Shown here: positions 11,738 through 24,303 of the stretch, one piece after another | Numbering within the stretch: position 1 is the first letter of the stretch | Layout of the letters: every line of letters starts with the position of its first letter | From: Parvularia atlantis | Taxonomy: Eukaryota | NCBI GenBank assembly: GCA_943704415.1 | Contig: CALSCO010001386.1 | Span: forward strand, 1 to 64,000 | Reading direction: 5' to 3' | Length of the DNA: 64,000 bases | Notes under the pieces: model-generated | Databases searched by the model: none | What the model saw: only the letters and a program-made list of their open reading frames with translations | Told to the model about the DNA's origin: nothing | Made by a program: the position numbers and the translations under genes

Positions 11738-13375
11738 ATGTATCGTGTGCAAGCAACGAGCTGGATCGATGCGCCCGGCGGGGGCGGCGCGTGGCGCACG
11801 ACGACGGTCGAGGTGACGGCGCGCGGCGTCGAGCTGAGCGCGGACGGGAAGCGGCGGGTGTGCGCGCAGACGGGGCGGGCGCGATGTGCGTGACGTGGCA
11901 CGGCAGACTGTCAGCTTCCGCGACGTCGTGCGCGTGGCCAAGGACGCGTCGTACTGGGTCGTGCCGGACGCGGTTACGCTCACGCTCGGCAACGGGCGCG
12001 TGGAGCACATCGCGGGCCTGCCGCACCAACACGACGCGTTCCTCGTCCTCAGCCACTTCTGGCACGGGTGCGCGCGCTGCCGAACGCGCGTGTGCTGACC
12101 GGCCCCGTTGCAGATGGTGGGCCACCGTCAACGCGCTCAAGACGGGACACGAGGCCGGGATGCACGCCGCGCCCCGGCTCAGCGGAGCGGTGCTCGCGCC
12201 CGAGATGGCCAACGCGCTCGTGCGCCTCGTCACTCGCGTGATCGGCTCGCGAGCTGACGCGCGATCGACGCCGCAGCGGCGCCTGGACGAGGCGGCCGCG
12301 GCCGGCGCGGACGCGGCACGCGAGCTTGCGCGGCAGACGGGTGCGCGATGTGCCCCGGTGCGCGGCAGTGGATCGCTCACGTCCGCCTGCAGAGCAGCTC
12401 GAGCGCATCTACAGCGGCACGGTCGAGGTCAACCACAACCTGGGCGTGACGCAGCGCCTGCTCGACAGCATGTCGTCGTGGTGGTACGTGCCGATGACCA
12501 CGGCGAGCGCGGCGCCGTCGAGCAAGGGTGCAGCGTCTGCTGCGACCGCCGCGCCGGCCGTGACCAAGACGCCCGGCCCGCGCGACCCGCCCGGGTGGGC
12601 AATGTATGCGGCCGAGGCGCGTCGCGCGTTGTGCACACTGCGCCGCCGGCTGACCGCGGCGTGCCTGCACAGAAGCGCGGCGAGTACGCGGCCCTGCGCA
12701 TCGACGAAGCCGGCCACTGTGCGTGCGGCCGCGTGCCCGTTCGCGCTCACACGCCGCACAGACCGCGCCTGCACGCTCCGCTGCGGCAACGGCGGCGTGC
12801 GGCTGCACGACGAGGAGCGGCAGAAGAACGAGACAGTGCCGCTGGCCAGCGTCGCGTCAGTCGCGTGCGACCTCGACCGCTGCCGCCTCGTCATCCGCGA
12901 TCGCGGCGGCGTAACGCACGAGCTGCTGAGCGCGCGGCTGTCGGTGCTGGCCGCGCACGTGCACCGCTGGCTGCCGGACGCCGGCAGCGCGGGCGCGCAG
13001 CTGTCAAAGACGTCGGCGCACAAGGCGTGGGGTGCGGCCGCCGCTGAGGTGGACGAGGCGGTCGTGCGACCCGTGGCCGTGACGTGGCTGCGCGTGGATG
13101 GACCCGCGCGCCCCGCGTCGGCCGCGAGCGAGAGCACGGGCAGTGGCGGCATGCAGGCGCAGCTGCGCGCGACCGAGCAGCTGCCCGGCACGGACGCGTT
13201 CCTGGACGAGGTGTCGGCACAGGTGTCACGGCTAGGCCAGCTGGCGACGGCGCTCAACACAACGCTCGTGAGCAACGACGAGCTGCTGGACCGCATCGAG
13301 CGCCAGGTCGACCAGGCCGACGCGGCGCTGCACAAGCAGACACGCCAGGCCGTGCGCATAACCAAGGCGCTGTGA
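11738..13375 (+). CDS. SNAP47: SNAP47-like Qbc-SNARE (PH/GRAM-like, SNARE, PH-like, SNARE)
   Basis: VVRVAKDASYWVVPDAVTL..AFLVLSHFW; ARELARQT|EQLERIYSGTVEVNHNLGVTQRLLDSMSSWW; HELLSARL; C-terminal t-SNARE helix LDEVSAQVSRLGQLA..LLDRIERQVD; no TM segment. Confidence 0.72.
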
Positions 13376-13390
13376 ACGTTGTATGTCATG

Positions 13391-14477
13391 TCACCCATTT
13401 GCGCCCTCTGTCTGCTCACAGCACAGCTCGCACGCACACGTGAAGTAGTAGTGCTCGCGCAGGAACGCCTGGCGCAGCTCACGGCACGCGTCCTCGGCCG
13501 AGTAGCACAGCGAAAGCTCGTCGCCCGCGCGCACGGGCGCCGTCGTCACGACCATCGCGTGCCCGTCCGCGTAGAGAAAGCGGCAGTTGGCGCGGCAGCT
13601 GTGGTTGAAGAAGGACGCGAGCGGGAACATGGCGACGCCGACCGGGTCCCAGTCCTCGTCGAGTACATTGAAGCTGTTGCAGCGCACGCGCAGGAACGCC
13701 TCGCGCAGCGCGTCCTCGCTCAGCGGCGCATCCGCGTGCTCGCGCGCCGGCACAGTGAGCAGCTGCCGCCGATCGTGCGACGCGCCCTTGGGGTGGAAGC
13801 ACGCAAGCGCCGTGCGCACGACGTAGGCGACCGTCTCGAGCTGCCCGGGCGTGAGCAGGTCGCGGCGGTCCATCATGCTCGCCACGTCGACGAAGCTGCT
13901 CAGCAGCACCGCGTCGTCCCCCTCGGGCTCGGGTGGCACTGGTGCGTGTGCCTTCCACGCTCGCTCCGCCGCGAGCATGATGCAGAGACGGACCTGGTCC
14001 CAGGTCTCGCGAAACTCGCGGTGCACCGATCGCTTCGTCGCCTTGAAGGCCGCGCGCTGCACGCCCGCGAGCCGCTGCAGCGCGCGGCACTCGCCGCCCG
14101 CGCGGTGCGGGCCGTCGGGGCGCGTGCACTGCTCGAGGCACGCGAGCGAGCACAAGAAGATCTGGCCGCGGCACGCCTCGCACGTGATCGTCCATTTGCG
14201 CGGCCCGGACGCGAGGCACTCGTGGCACACGAGGCGCTGCTCCCACGCGCGCACGCACGCACGTCAATCGGCCTGCACGAGCGATGGGCTTGCAACGCGC
14301 CTTGTACTTGTCGCCAACGCCGAACGCAAGCCAGCGCGTGCGCATCACGACCGCGCCCTCGGATAGGTCCACGCGGCTCGCAACGTACCAGCCGCGCGCC
14401 GCATCGGCCTCGTCCGGCGCGGCGCCGGCCACGCGCAGCCGCGGATGCGCCCTCAGTGCGGGCGGCACGTCACGCAT
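13391..14477 (-). CDS. SMYD-family SET/MYND lysine methyltransferase
   Basis: MYND-like CHECL..CEAC..CSLAC; NSF..FPLASFFNHSCRANC, GDELSLCY, YYFTCACELC; one GC-AG intron. Confidence 0.9.
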
Positions 14478-14592
14478 GTGAACTTGCGCGTAGACAGCCA
14501 CATTCTTGTGCGTGCGTCCTGCGCGCTGCCGTGCGCCGCCCGCCGTGCGCGTGACCGACCGCGCGCGCACAGCCGATCGGCCCACGGCGACG

Positions 14593-16945
14593 ATGCGCTG
14601 GTGGGACGCAGCGCTCGCGCGCGAGCAGCGCCGGCTGCTTGTGTACCGCGTCTCGCTCGGCGCGGCGCTGCTCGTGCTCGTCGTCGCCGCCGGCGCGCTC
14701 ATCGTGTACCTGTTCGACGGGTGCAAGTTCCCCGGGGGCGGGTACCAGGGCTGCTGCGCCCAGGTCGTGCTCGGGCAGCAGTCGTGCACGAGCGAGACGG
14801 GCGTGCTGCAGTGCTGCTACCTCTCGGGCGGGCTCAACTGCACCACGGCGCCGGCCGAGGAGGGCAAGTGCACCGCGCCGCGCACGGACGACGCGACAAC
14901 GGCGATGGCCCTTGCGATCACGGGCATTCTCGTGAGCTACCTCGTCGTGAGCATTGCCTGGCCGCTCTACGTCTATACGAGCCAGCAGGCGATCCACCCG
15001 CTCTTTGTGCGCATCGCCCGCACCGCGTCCGAGGACACGCCACCGGACGACGTCGCGGCGCTCGTGGCCGACATCAACAAGAACGCCGCGTTCGAGATCG
15101 TCGGCATCCTCCCGCCCGACGTCCGCCTCGCCGTCGACCGCACCACCCAGGAGGCCCTGCACGAGCCGCTCCGCGTCGTCCTGCCCACGCTGCTCTGGGC
15201 GTGGCTGTCGCCGCAGGGCCACCAGTTCCTCGACACGTGGAGCTCGCGCGGCACACGCGTCGGCAAGCGTACGTCCGGCCGCATCCTCTTCCTCTCGGCC
15301 GCGCTCAACCGGGCCGACCTGCTGCGCGTCATCGTCACTGCGCGCCTGACCGACGCCAACATCTCCGTGCTCAACACGGGCTGCGACATCAGCTTTGCCG
15401 ACCTTGTGCGTGCGGTCTGGCCTGGCTGCGTGACTGCCTGCCGCTCACGCTGCGCACGCGCGCGCGCGCGTGCGCAGGAGCCCGTGCCGTGGCGCATCGC
15501 GCTGCAGGCGCTCATCACGGCCGGCGTCGTCAACATCCTTGCGCCGATCAGCGCCCTCAACAGCACGCCCGACCAGTATCCGCAGCGCATGCCGCCGCCG
15601 CTCATCGTCGCGACCGTGCTCGGGCACCTTGACGTGGTCGTGGCCCTGCTCGAGATGCGCGCGAACCCGTCGATCACCTTTGTCGGCGGCATGACCCCGC
15701 TGCACTACGCCGCCAAGTTTGGCTTTGGCGAGATTGCCAAAATGCTCATCTTCAGCGGCGCGTCGGCTGAGACGCGCTCGACCGCGGGCACGACGCCGAT
15801 GGACCTCGCGTCCAACGCTGACGTGCAGGTGATCATGCGCGCGGCCCTTGCCGCCAAGCGCAAGGTCGACCAGGCCGCGCGCGACACGGCGCTCTCGCCG
15901 ATTGAGTCCGAAGCGCTCCTGCTCTTTGGCGAGATGCGCCTGACCGAGCGCACCAACGCCGATACGCTCAAGGGCACGTTCCGCGGCATGAGCGTCGCCG
16001 TGCAGGCGCGCGCAGCCCCGCGCGAGGCGCACAAGACCATCCTGACCGAGGCCGCCGTCCTGCGCACGCTCGCCCACGCGAACCTGCTCGCGCTCTACGG
16101 CGTCGCGCTCGGGCCCGAGGACAAGCGGCTGTACTTTCTGCAGGAGGTGGCGTCGTGCGCTTCAGTGCGCAGGCCGTGTCTCACTCGCGCGCTGGTGCGC
16201 ACGCAGCCGATCGAGGCCGACACCTTGCTCGATTACATCCGCCAGCGCGCGCGCCGCGGCCAGGCGCTCACACTCACGCTCAAGCGGCAGGTGGCCGCGC
16301 AGATCGCCGACGGCATCGCGTGCCTGCACGGGAGCGGGCTGCTGCACCGGCACGTCGCTGCGCGCAACGTACTCGCCGTGCGCCCGCCCACGCCCTCTGC
16401 GCCGATCGTGCCCAAGATCATCAACGTCTCGCTCGGCGACCAGCCCACGAGCGCCGACGTGTCCTGGACCGCCCCCGAGTCGCTGCAGGACCCGGCCAAG
16501 CACGTGTCGGCGTCGGACGCGTGGTCCTTCGGCGTGCTGTACTGGGAGCTGCTGACGGACGGGCTGGTGCCGTTTGGCACGGCGCAGCCGAGCGACGTGC
16601 GGGAGCGCATCCTCGGCGGCGAGGTGCTCTCGCGCGTGCCCAACACGCCCTCGGACGACACGATGATCATGATGGACTGCTGGCAAACCGACCCAGACCT
16701 GCGGTGCGCGGCGTGCACGTGCGGCCCGCCCCACCCGCCCGCGTGCCTCACCGCCGCCCCCGCGCAGACCCACCTTCAAGCAGCTGCGCCGGCGCCTCGA
16801 GCAGCTGCAGTCGTCGACATCGATCCCACGCCCGCAGGCGTCGCCGACCAAGGCCGCGCGGGGCGCCCGCGCCTCGAGCGCGCCCGCGAGCGAGACGTCG
16901 CCGCTGCTCGTGCGGCAGTACTCGGGCTCGTCCCTGGACGACTGA
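14593..16945 (+). CDS. Two-TM, ankyrin-repeat, tyrosine-kinase-family pseudokinase
   Basis: Two hydrophobic helices around a Cys-rich loop; GMTPLHYAAKFG ankyrin; HRHVAARNVL, WTAPESL, SDAWSFGVLYWELLTDGLVPF, MMDCWQTDPDLR|PTF. Confidence 0.8.
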
Positions 16946-17005
16946 GAGAGAGGCGAAGATTCGTTCGCAGCAGTGACATACGACAAGTTACAACAGCAGC
17001 ACCTC

Positions 17006-19694
17006 TCATGCGGCGGCGGGCGCGGGAGGCTCGCCCGCGTCCTCCGCGCCCGGGCTGGTGGCCGCGGCCGCCTTGGCCTTCTTTGTGCCCTTCTTGGCCT
17101 TGGGCTTCTGCGGCGACGGCGGGCGTGTGAGCGGCGCGCATGCGCGCACGGTTCGCACACACGAGCACGGGCGAGGCGTCGGCGCTGCCCGGTGCCGCGG
17201 CGGCCCGCCGTGTGCGCTTGGGCACGGCCGCGGGCGAGTTTTCGACGCTCGACGACGGCGCAATGCCGTCCACGGCCTTGGCCTTGGCCTTGCCCTTGGT
17301 CGGCTTGCGCTGGCGGCCGGCCAAGTCAGCTCGCGGCTACTTGCAGGCGCCATAGCGCGCGCACCGGCTTGTCGGACTTTTTCTTGGTCTTGCGAGGCGG
17401 CGCGTCCAGCTGCGATGCGCCGAGCGGGTCCGCCGCTGCTGTCCCGGCCACACCCTCGTCGCCCGATGCCAGCTCGTCGCCCGACGAGGCCAGGTCGTCG
17501 CCCGACGACGTCACGTCGTCCGTCGAGTAAGCGTCGTCGTCAGACGCCTCGCGTCGCGCGACGCGGCTTGCCGCCGGCCCGTCCGCCAGCGACACGTACG
17601 TCTCGTCTGCCTGGCTTTCGTCTCGCTCGCGCGGGACGGATGACTGGCGCCACAGCCGCGCGTGAGCACGGTTGCGAGCATGGTGCGCGCGCGGACGCGC
17701 ACCCTGCTGGGCATGGGCGAGAAGGATGTGCGTGGGGTGTAGGCGTTCGTTGCCGTGCCAGCGGTCGCCATGGCGCCGGACGTGATGTCGGCCAGCGGCG
17801 CCTCGCCAGTCTGCGCAGCCTCTGCGCGGGCCGGGGGGTGCGTGAGCAGCGGGTCACGTGGCTGGCAGGGCGAGGGAGGACGCACGCTGCCAGAGCGACG
17901 TTGTCTGCGTGCTCGGGACGCCGGGCGCGACGTGTGCGCCGTCGTCCAGGTCGATCTCGTCCGCCGCGACGGAGCCCGCGGGCTCCTCGACGTCGGCATC
18001 GTTCGCGACCGTCGTCGTGGGCGGATTGGCCGCGGGCTCGGCCTGCGGCTTGTCTGGCCCGATTTTGATCTGCAGCAGCGCGTGGAAGGCTGCCGAGGCG
18101 CGCGGTCGGCGGCACGGCCTGCTGTACGAGCGTACACGCACGCTGGCGGCAGATCGGGCACTTGTTGGACTGGAAGCGGAGCTGCTCGGCGCACTGCGAG
18201 CACAGGCACAGGTGCCGGCACGGCAGCACGACCGTGTCCTTCGGGTCCGACATGCACACGACGCACTCGCGTGTCGTGTCGCCGCTGCTTGGCGTGAGCC
18301 CCTCCACCGCGCGCACGACATCGGGCGCGCACGCACCTGTCGTCGCCACCGTCCGTTGTTTGCTCGATGCCAAAAATCTCCTGCAGCAGGAACGACACGC
18401 CGTGCGCGACGACCTTCTGCTTAAGCACCTTGCGATGTCCTCGACGGTCAGCCGCGTGCGTGCGGTGAGCGACGGGGGGCGCCGCGCACCTTGGCGTCGG
18501 CGTGGCCCGACTCGCCGGGTGCGTTGAACGTGAGCAGCGTGCTCTCCGTCTGGATCTCGTCGATCGACGATGCGAGCATCCCTGGCGGGTACGCGTTGCG
18601 CATTTCGGTGACCGCTTGAGTGTCTTTGTGGATGCGGCCGGCTGGCAGGGTGAGCAGACCGCGCGCGCGGCGGAGTGCGGGAGTACGGAAGCGGATGAGG
18701 GGAAAAGGGCGGGCGCATCACACACCGTGCTGCAGGCCCTGCGCCGCGTGCACGTCGGGCGGGATCGAGCTGAGCAGGATCACGAGCGGGTACACGCCCT
18801 TGATGTGGCTCTCGTGGTCGACCTGCGCACGTCGCCCCGCTCAGCGCTGCCCAGGGCGTGCTCAGCGGGGCATGCCAACGCACCTGCAGCTCCTCGGCCG
18901 TGTACAGCGACAGGTCGAGCGCGTGCTCGGGCGGCAGCGCAAACGTCTGCCCAAGGCCCTTCGGGAACGAGAAGACGGGCAGGTGCCCCTCGGGGCGCGC
19001 GGCCGTGTACCTGCGGTGCGCGCGCGCGTGGGGGAGCGGGGTTGAGCCGGCCGATGCGCGAGCCCCGGTCGCGAATGTGACGCACACGACGTTGTGCTTG
19101 GCGTTGATCGACTCGGTGCACGCGACGAAGAGCTGCACGGTGCACGGCGTGTCGGCGTCGAACGCGAAGCTGACGGTGTAGCGCATGGGGCTCGTGCTGC
19201 GGGCGATGCACGGCCCCCAATGAGCCCCGATGGCGACAGAGCGCGCGGCCGGCGCCGCACCCCTCGACGGCGGCCAGCTTGAACGTGTTGCGCTTGAGGT
19301 GGACGAACGAGCGCACGGTCGTCGTCGTCTGCACCTCGGGCGTGGGGTGGCCCTGCGCGCACCGCGCGTCACCCCTCCACGTGCCCGTCACGTGCGCGTC
19401 GCGGCGGGCCGCACCATCCGGCTCAGGCCGAACGCCGTCATGGGCGAGAAGTCGCTCGTGAGCCCGCCAAAGAGGAACGCGTCGGGCGCGGCCGTGTACT
19501 CCTGCCCGCCCATCACAAAGTGCGGCCCAAAGTACAGCCCGCGCTCGGCCTCGGCAGCCTGCGCCGCGGCCGTGGCGGCCTCGAGGTCGGCTTGGCGTGG
19601 CGCGCCTGTGGCTGCTGCCGTGAGCACGGTGGTCACGCGGCCAACCGCGCGCGGCGGCCGCACCGGCGCGCAGGCGGCTGGGCAGCTGCCCCAT
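17006..19694 (-). CDS. MGRN1: MGRN1/RNF157/LOG2-type RING E3 ligase with long acidic then Lys-rich tail
   Basis: N-terminal [89 protein letters not shown]. The 3' exons down to 17006 are joined by plausible GT-AG introns and are less certain. Confidence 0.88.
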
Positions 19695-19859
19695 TCGCTG
19701 TGTGGTCGGCTCGCCGCGGACGCGCGGTGCTGCTGCTGGGGGGGGGGGGGGCGCGCGTCACGTCAGCGGGGCCGCGCGGCTGCGGAAGGGAGGCGGCGGT
19801 CGAACGGCGCGGCGTGTGTACACCGCAGATAGACTGATAATTATTGACAAAGTGATCGC

Positions 19860-21202
19860 ATGCGCGACGCGTTCGCCTTCGCCGGCAACGTGCACTGGTT
19901 CCCCGGGCACATGGCGCGAGGCCTGCGCCTGATGCGCGAGGCGCTGCGTCGCGTCGACGTCGTCGTCGAGGTCCGCGATGCGCGCCTCCCGCTCACGTCC
20001 GTCAACCCGCACGTCGAGCGCCTCGCCGCAAACCACGACCGCATCGTCGTCTACAACAAGGCCGACCTGGCCAACAGCAACATGCAGGCGGTGCGGCGCC
20101 GCCGGCGCGTCGATGCACCGCGCGGGCTGAGACACGCCAGGTCATCGCCAGGGCCTTTGAGCAGCACACGGCCCTGCCGCCGCCGCTGTTCACCAACGCG
20201 CTCGAGAACCGCAACCTGCACGAGATCGTCCGGCTTGCGCACAGTGCGATGCACAGCCGCGTGCGCATCGGCCTGAGGCGCGGGCGGGCGCAGACGTCGG
20301 GCGGCACAAGGCCGGCCCGCTCGTGTACCGGCCCGAGGTCACGATGATGGTCGTGGGCATCCCAAACGTGGGCAAGTCGTCGCTGATCAACGCGCTGCGC
20401 CGGCTCGGCACGCGCAAGGGTGCGGCACGCGCGTGAGTCTGCGGGGGCGCCGCTGAGGCGTGTGCTGCACAGGCAAGGCCGCGGCGGTCGGGAGCCTGCC
20501 AGGCGTGACGCGGACGGTGATGGGGCGGATCAAGGTGCTCGACAGCCCGCCGACGTACATGATCGACACACCTGGTGCGCGGGGCGCTGCTGAACGCTCT
20601 CTTGCTCGCGTGCTCACGGTCTGCCAGGCGTCTTTGTGCCACACGTGCCCGACCAGACGAGCGGGCTCAAGCTCGGGCTGATCGGTGCGCGTGTCTGTTC
20701 TCGCGCGCTTTGGGCCTGACGGCGCCGCGCGGCAGCCGCGATCAAGGACCACCTCGTGGGCGAGCTCGTCCTGGCCGACTTTCTCCTGTACACGCTCAAC
20801 CGCATCGGCTCGACGGCGTACCTGGCGCCGTGCGGTCTGCGCGAGCCGAGCGACGACATCACGGTCGTGCTCACGGCGCTCAGCCGGCGCGTCGGGGCCG
20901 TGCTGCGCCAGGGCGAGCCGGACCTGGACCTGGCGGCGCGGCACTTTCTGACGGTGCGCCCTGCGGCGGCTGCGTGTTCGTTGTGCTGAGCGCAATGGCG
21001 GCAGAGCTACCGCGAGGGGCGGCTGGGGCGCTACACGCTTGACGTGCTCACGCCCGACACGCTCGCGGCTGCGTTCCGCCGCACGACGGCCGAGCTCGAC
21101 GACGGCGACGACCGCCACGACCGGCGCAGCACTGCGCCCGGGCGACCCGCGAGCGCCGAGAGCAGCCCAGACGCCGAGCAGCGCAGCGCACTCACTGTAT
21201 GA
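19860..21202 (+). CDS. MTG1: Mitochondrial ribosome assembly GTPase MTG1/RbgA
   Basis: WFPGHMARGL, EVRDARLPLTS, NKADL, VGIPNVGKSSLIN, PGVTR, IDTPG, YREGRLG. Confidence 0.93.
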
Positions 21203-21216
21203 ACACGGCACAACAA

Positions 21217-21841
21217 TCACGCCCGCACGCCCCACTGCGTCAGGAGGATGTTGAGGATGTGCTGCCACCCCTCCGACAGGTGCACCTGCGCGCACGCGCG
21301 TGTCGGTGCGCGTCTCCATACACGCGCCCGCGACGCACCACGACGTGAGGCCGCAGGACGTGCACGTTGGGCGGGTCGGCCACGTGCCGCGCCAGCAGCG
21401 TCACGGCCGTTTCCTTCTCGGCCAGGTACGGCAGCTGGTCGAGGATGCGCCCTGGCCGGCGTGGGTCAGCTGTGCGCACGCACCCCGCGCCGCACGCCGC
21501 ACCGAGCTGCGCGCACGATACGATCGGCCCCGCGAGCACCGTGCGCACGACCTCGAGCCGCGGCCCCGGCCCACTGCACCGCGCCAGCCGCTCCAGCAGC
21601 TGCTCGTGCGCGTCGTCCGGCAGGATCGGGCCCTGGCTGGGCCGCCACGCGCCGACGACCCCCGCCGACGTAGCAGATACAGGCACGCGGGCGACGAGCT
21701 GGGCGAGCGCCGTCAGCGCGGCCGTCGCCTCGGCATCGCGCCGCTCGAGCTCTGCGGGCGCCCGGGCGTCACTCGCGGTGGGTGCGCTGCGCGTGCAGCG
21801 AGCACGGCACCCTCCAGTCGCGCGGCAACGTTGGTGCTCAT
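21217..21841 (-). CDS. Small DUF4476-like domain protein (first exon uncertain)
   Basis: LLERLARCSGPGPRLEVVRTVLAGPIVSCAQLG|RILDQLPYLAEKETAVTLLARHVADPPN matches the DUF4476 pattern (CxQ..IL..F..EK..V.DP.N). Confidence 0.55.
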
Positions 21842-21895
21842 CGGCCCAGCACGGAAAAATGAACACAGCACTCTCTCTCTGTCGCGCGCTCTCGC

Positions 21896-23032
21896 TCAGC
21901 GCTTCTGCGCCTGGTAGCCGTAGTGCAGGTCGGTGCAGTCGTCGGCCGAGATCTTGACCCAGCCGTCCTTTGTGACGTGGTACACGTGCACGATGCCGCC
22001 CGAGAACGAGTCGCGGTGCGTCGCGTGGTAGATGGCGCGGCGACCGAGCTCGGCGGCCTGCTGCGGCGTCATGTCCCACTTGAGCTCGTTGTCGAGCACA
22101 CCGTAGGCTTGCGGGGGCCGGGCGAGCGCGTGAGGGGCGTGCGTCGCGTGCGCACGCGACGCAACGCACCGTATGTCGAGCCCGAGCCGACCGAGAACAG
22201 GTCGCCCTTGAGCCGCTGGCCGTCCGAGTCGACGTAGAACAGCGCCGGGCCGGTCTTGTCCCAGCCCGTGATCATCGTGCCCATCGACAGGCCCTGGCGT
22301 GCACGCCCGTCAGCAAGCACGAAGCAAGGGGCGCGAGGGCGAGGGCGCGCACCATGCCCTTGTAGCCGTAGACCATGTTGGCAAGCACCTTGGACGCGGC
22401 CGCGACCGAGATGCGCTCCTTGTTCTGCAACTCGTACAGGCTGCGGTGCGCACGTGCGCGCGCATTGGCCGGTGGCCGGTGGCCGGTGGCTGGGCAGGGC
22501 GTGCGGCGGGCGGGGCGCACCGGCACCGCCGGCCCAGCTCGCGCTCCCAGAAGGAGCAGTCGGCCGCGCCGCCGGCCATGGTCCCGAGCAGGTACGGGTT
22601 GATCTCGATCACCTTCTTCACGTCCTGTGAGGCTGCGCGCGCGCGCGTCTCGCGGGGCTCAGCGGCGGCCGCCGAAGCGTGTGCGCGCGCGCACCAATGT
22701 ACGAGCCGCCGGTCGCGCGCGAGTCGACGGCGACGATGACGCCGTGGGCGAACTTGAACGCAAGCGTGGTCGTGCCGTGCTCGAAGCGGATCTTGACGGG
22801 CGACGCCGACGTCTCGCTCGTGTACGGCGCGAGGAAGTCGACGGGCTGATGGTGCGCGCAGTCAGAGAAAGGCAGCAACAGAGAGGTGGCGGCGCACGTT
22901 CATGCCCGGCGGCAGCTCGAGCGCGTGCACGCCGCGGTGCGCCAGCGGCAGCGCCCCCGCGAGCAGGTCGTCGTCGGCCGCGACGAGGGCCTCCGCGCGC
23001 CGCGGCGCGTCGAGGAACGCGAACGGGGCCAT
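21896..23032 (-). CDS. PSMB5: 20S proteasome subunit beta 5
   Basis: [65 protein letters not shown]. Confidence 0.98.
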
Positions 23033-23119
23033 GGTCGCTCGCTCTCTGTGTGCTGACGCGGCGCTCACCCGGGTAACTAGCAGTCGCGTGGCTGGCACGC
23101 GGCACTTTCCACCGTGGAG

Positions 23120-24264
23120 ATGTCGGCCGTCCAACACCTCTCGTCGATCTTTGGCTCGGAGAAGGTGCGCCCGCGCGCAACCCCCCCCCCCCCCCCCCCC
23201 CCCCCCCGCTGCTGACCCGTGCCCGCGCGCGCTCGTGCACCGCGCAGGACAAGGTCAACTGCTCCTTCTACTACAAGATCGGCGCGTGCCGCCACGGCGA
23301 CCGCTGCTCGCGCCAGCACAACCGGCCCCTCTTCAGCCAGACCGTGCTCCTGCACAACCTGTACCAGAACCCGGCGCACATGCCCGACAACACGCTCAAC
23401 GAGGCGCAAATCCAGCAGCACTTTGACGACTTTTACGAGGACGTGTTCACCGAGCTCGCCGTGCGCTACGGCGAGGTCGAGGAGCTGCACGTCTGCGACA
23501 ACGTCGGCGACCACCTCATCGGCAACGTCTACGTGCGCTTCCGCTACGAGGAGGACGCGCAGAAGTGCGTCGACGGCGTCAACAACCGCTTCTACAACGG
23601 TGCGCGCGCGCTGTTTTCTTTGCCGCGCCTGCCTTTGCTGACCAAGACGTCTGCCCGCCGCCAGGCCGCACCATCAGCGCCGAGCTCTCGCCCGTGACCG
23701 ACTTTCGCGAGGCGTGCTGCCGCCAGTTTGAGATGAACGAGTGCACGCGCGGCGGCTTCTGCAACTTTATGCACCTCAAAAACGTCTCCAAGGGCCTCAA
23801 GCGTGACCTGTACCAGTGCGTCCGCGCTTGCGCACGCGCATGGTGCATCCGCCGCTCACCCCCTCGCCGCAGGGCGCAGCGCGAGATGCTCCGCCTCAAC
23901 CCGGACCCGCGCGGCCGCGCTCTGTCCAAGACGCCCGAGGACGCGCGCTCCTACTCGCCCGGCGCGCACGCCCGCGCTCGCGGCGGCGGCGGTGGCGGCC
24001 GCTACGACGCCGGGCCGCCGCGGTACGGGCGCGACCGCTACGACGACCGCGACCGCGGCCGCCCGATGGGTGCGCAGGGTTTGCACGTGCTTGTGAGCGG
24101 GCAACTCATACGCGCGCGCAGACTACCACCGCGACGCCGACCGCGGGCGCGACTACGACCGAGACCGCGGGCGCGCGCGCGACTACGCCCCACCCGCCAC
24201 GATGACCCAGCGCGAGCTCGACGACGGCGCGGCGGCACACGCGGCGCGCGCGCTGCTGGGATAG
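23120..24264 (+). CDS. U2AF1: Splicing factor U2AF small subunit
   Basis: LSSIFGSEK|DKVNCSFYYKIGACRHGDRCSR, CDNVGDHLIGNVY, ELSPVTDFREACCRQFE..CTRGGFCNFMH, RD-rich tail. Confidence 0.98.
23181..23207. repeat. Poly-C homopolymer (about 27 nt) in U2AF1 intron 1
   Basis: Directly visible. Confidence 0.9.
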
Positions 24265-24303
24265 CACATGCGAATCTGTTACTGTGTGCGAGCTTTGACC
24301 GGC

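Noticed and set aside
19738..19751. Poly-G run (and poly-C at 23181-23207) as G-quadruplex regulators
   Set aside because: Simple homopolymers of unreliable length; no further support
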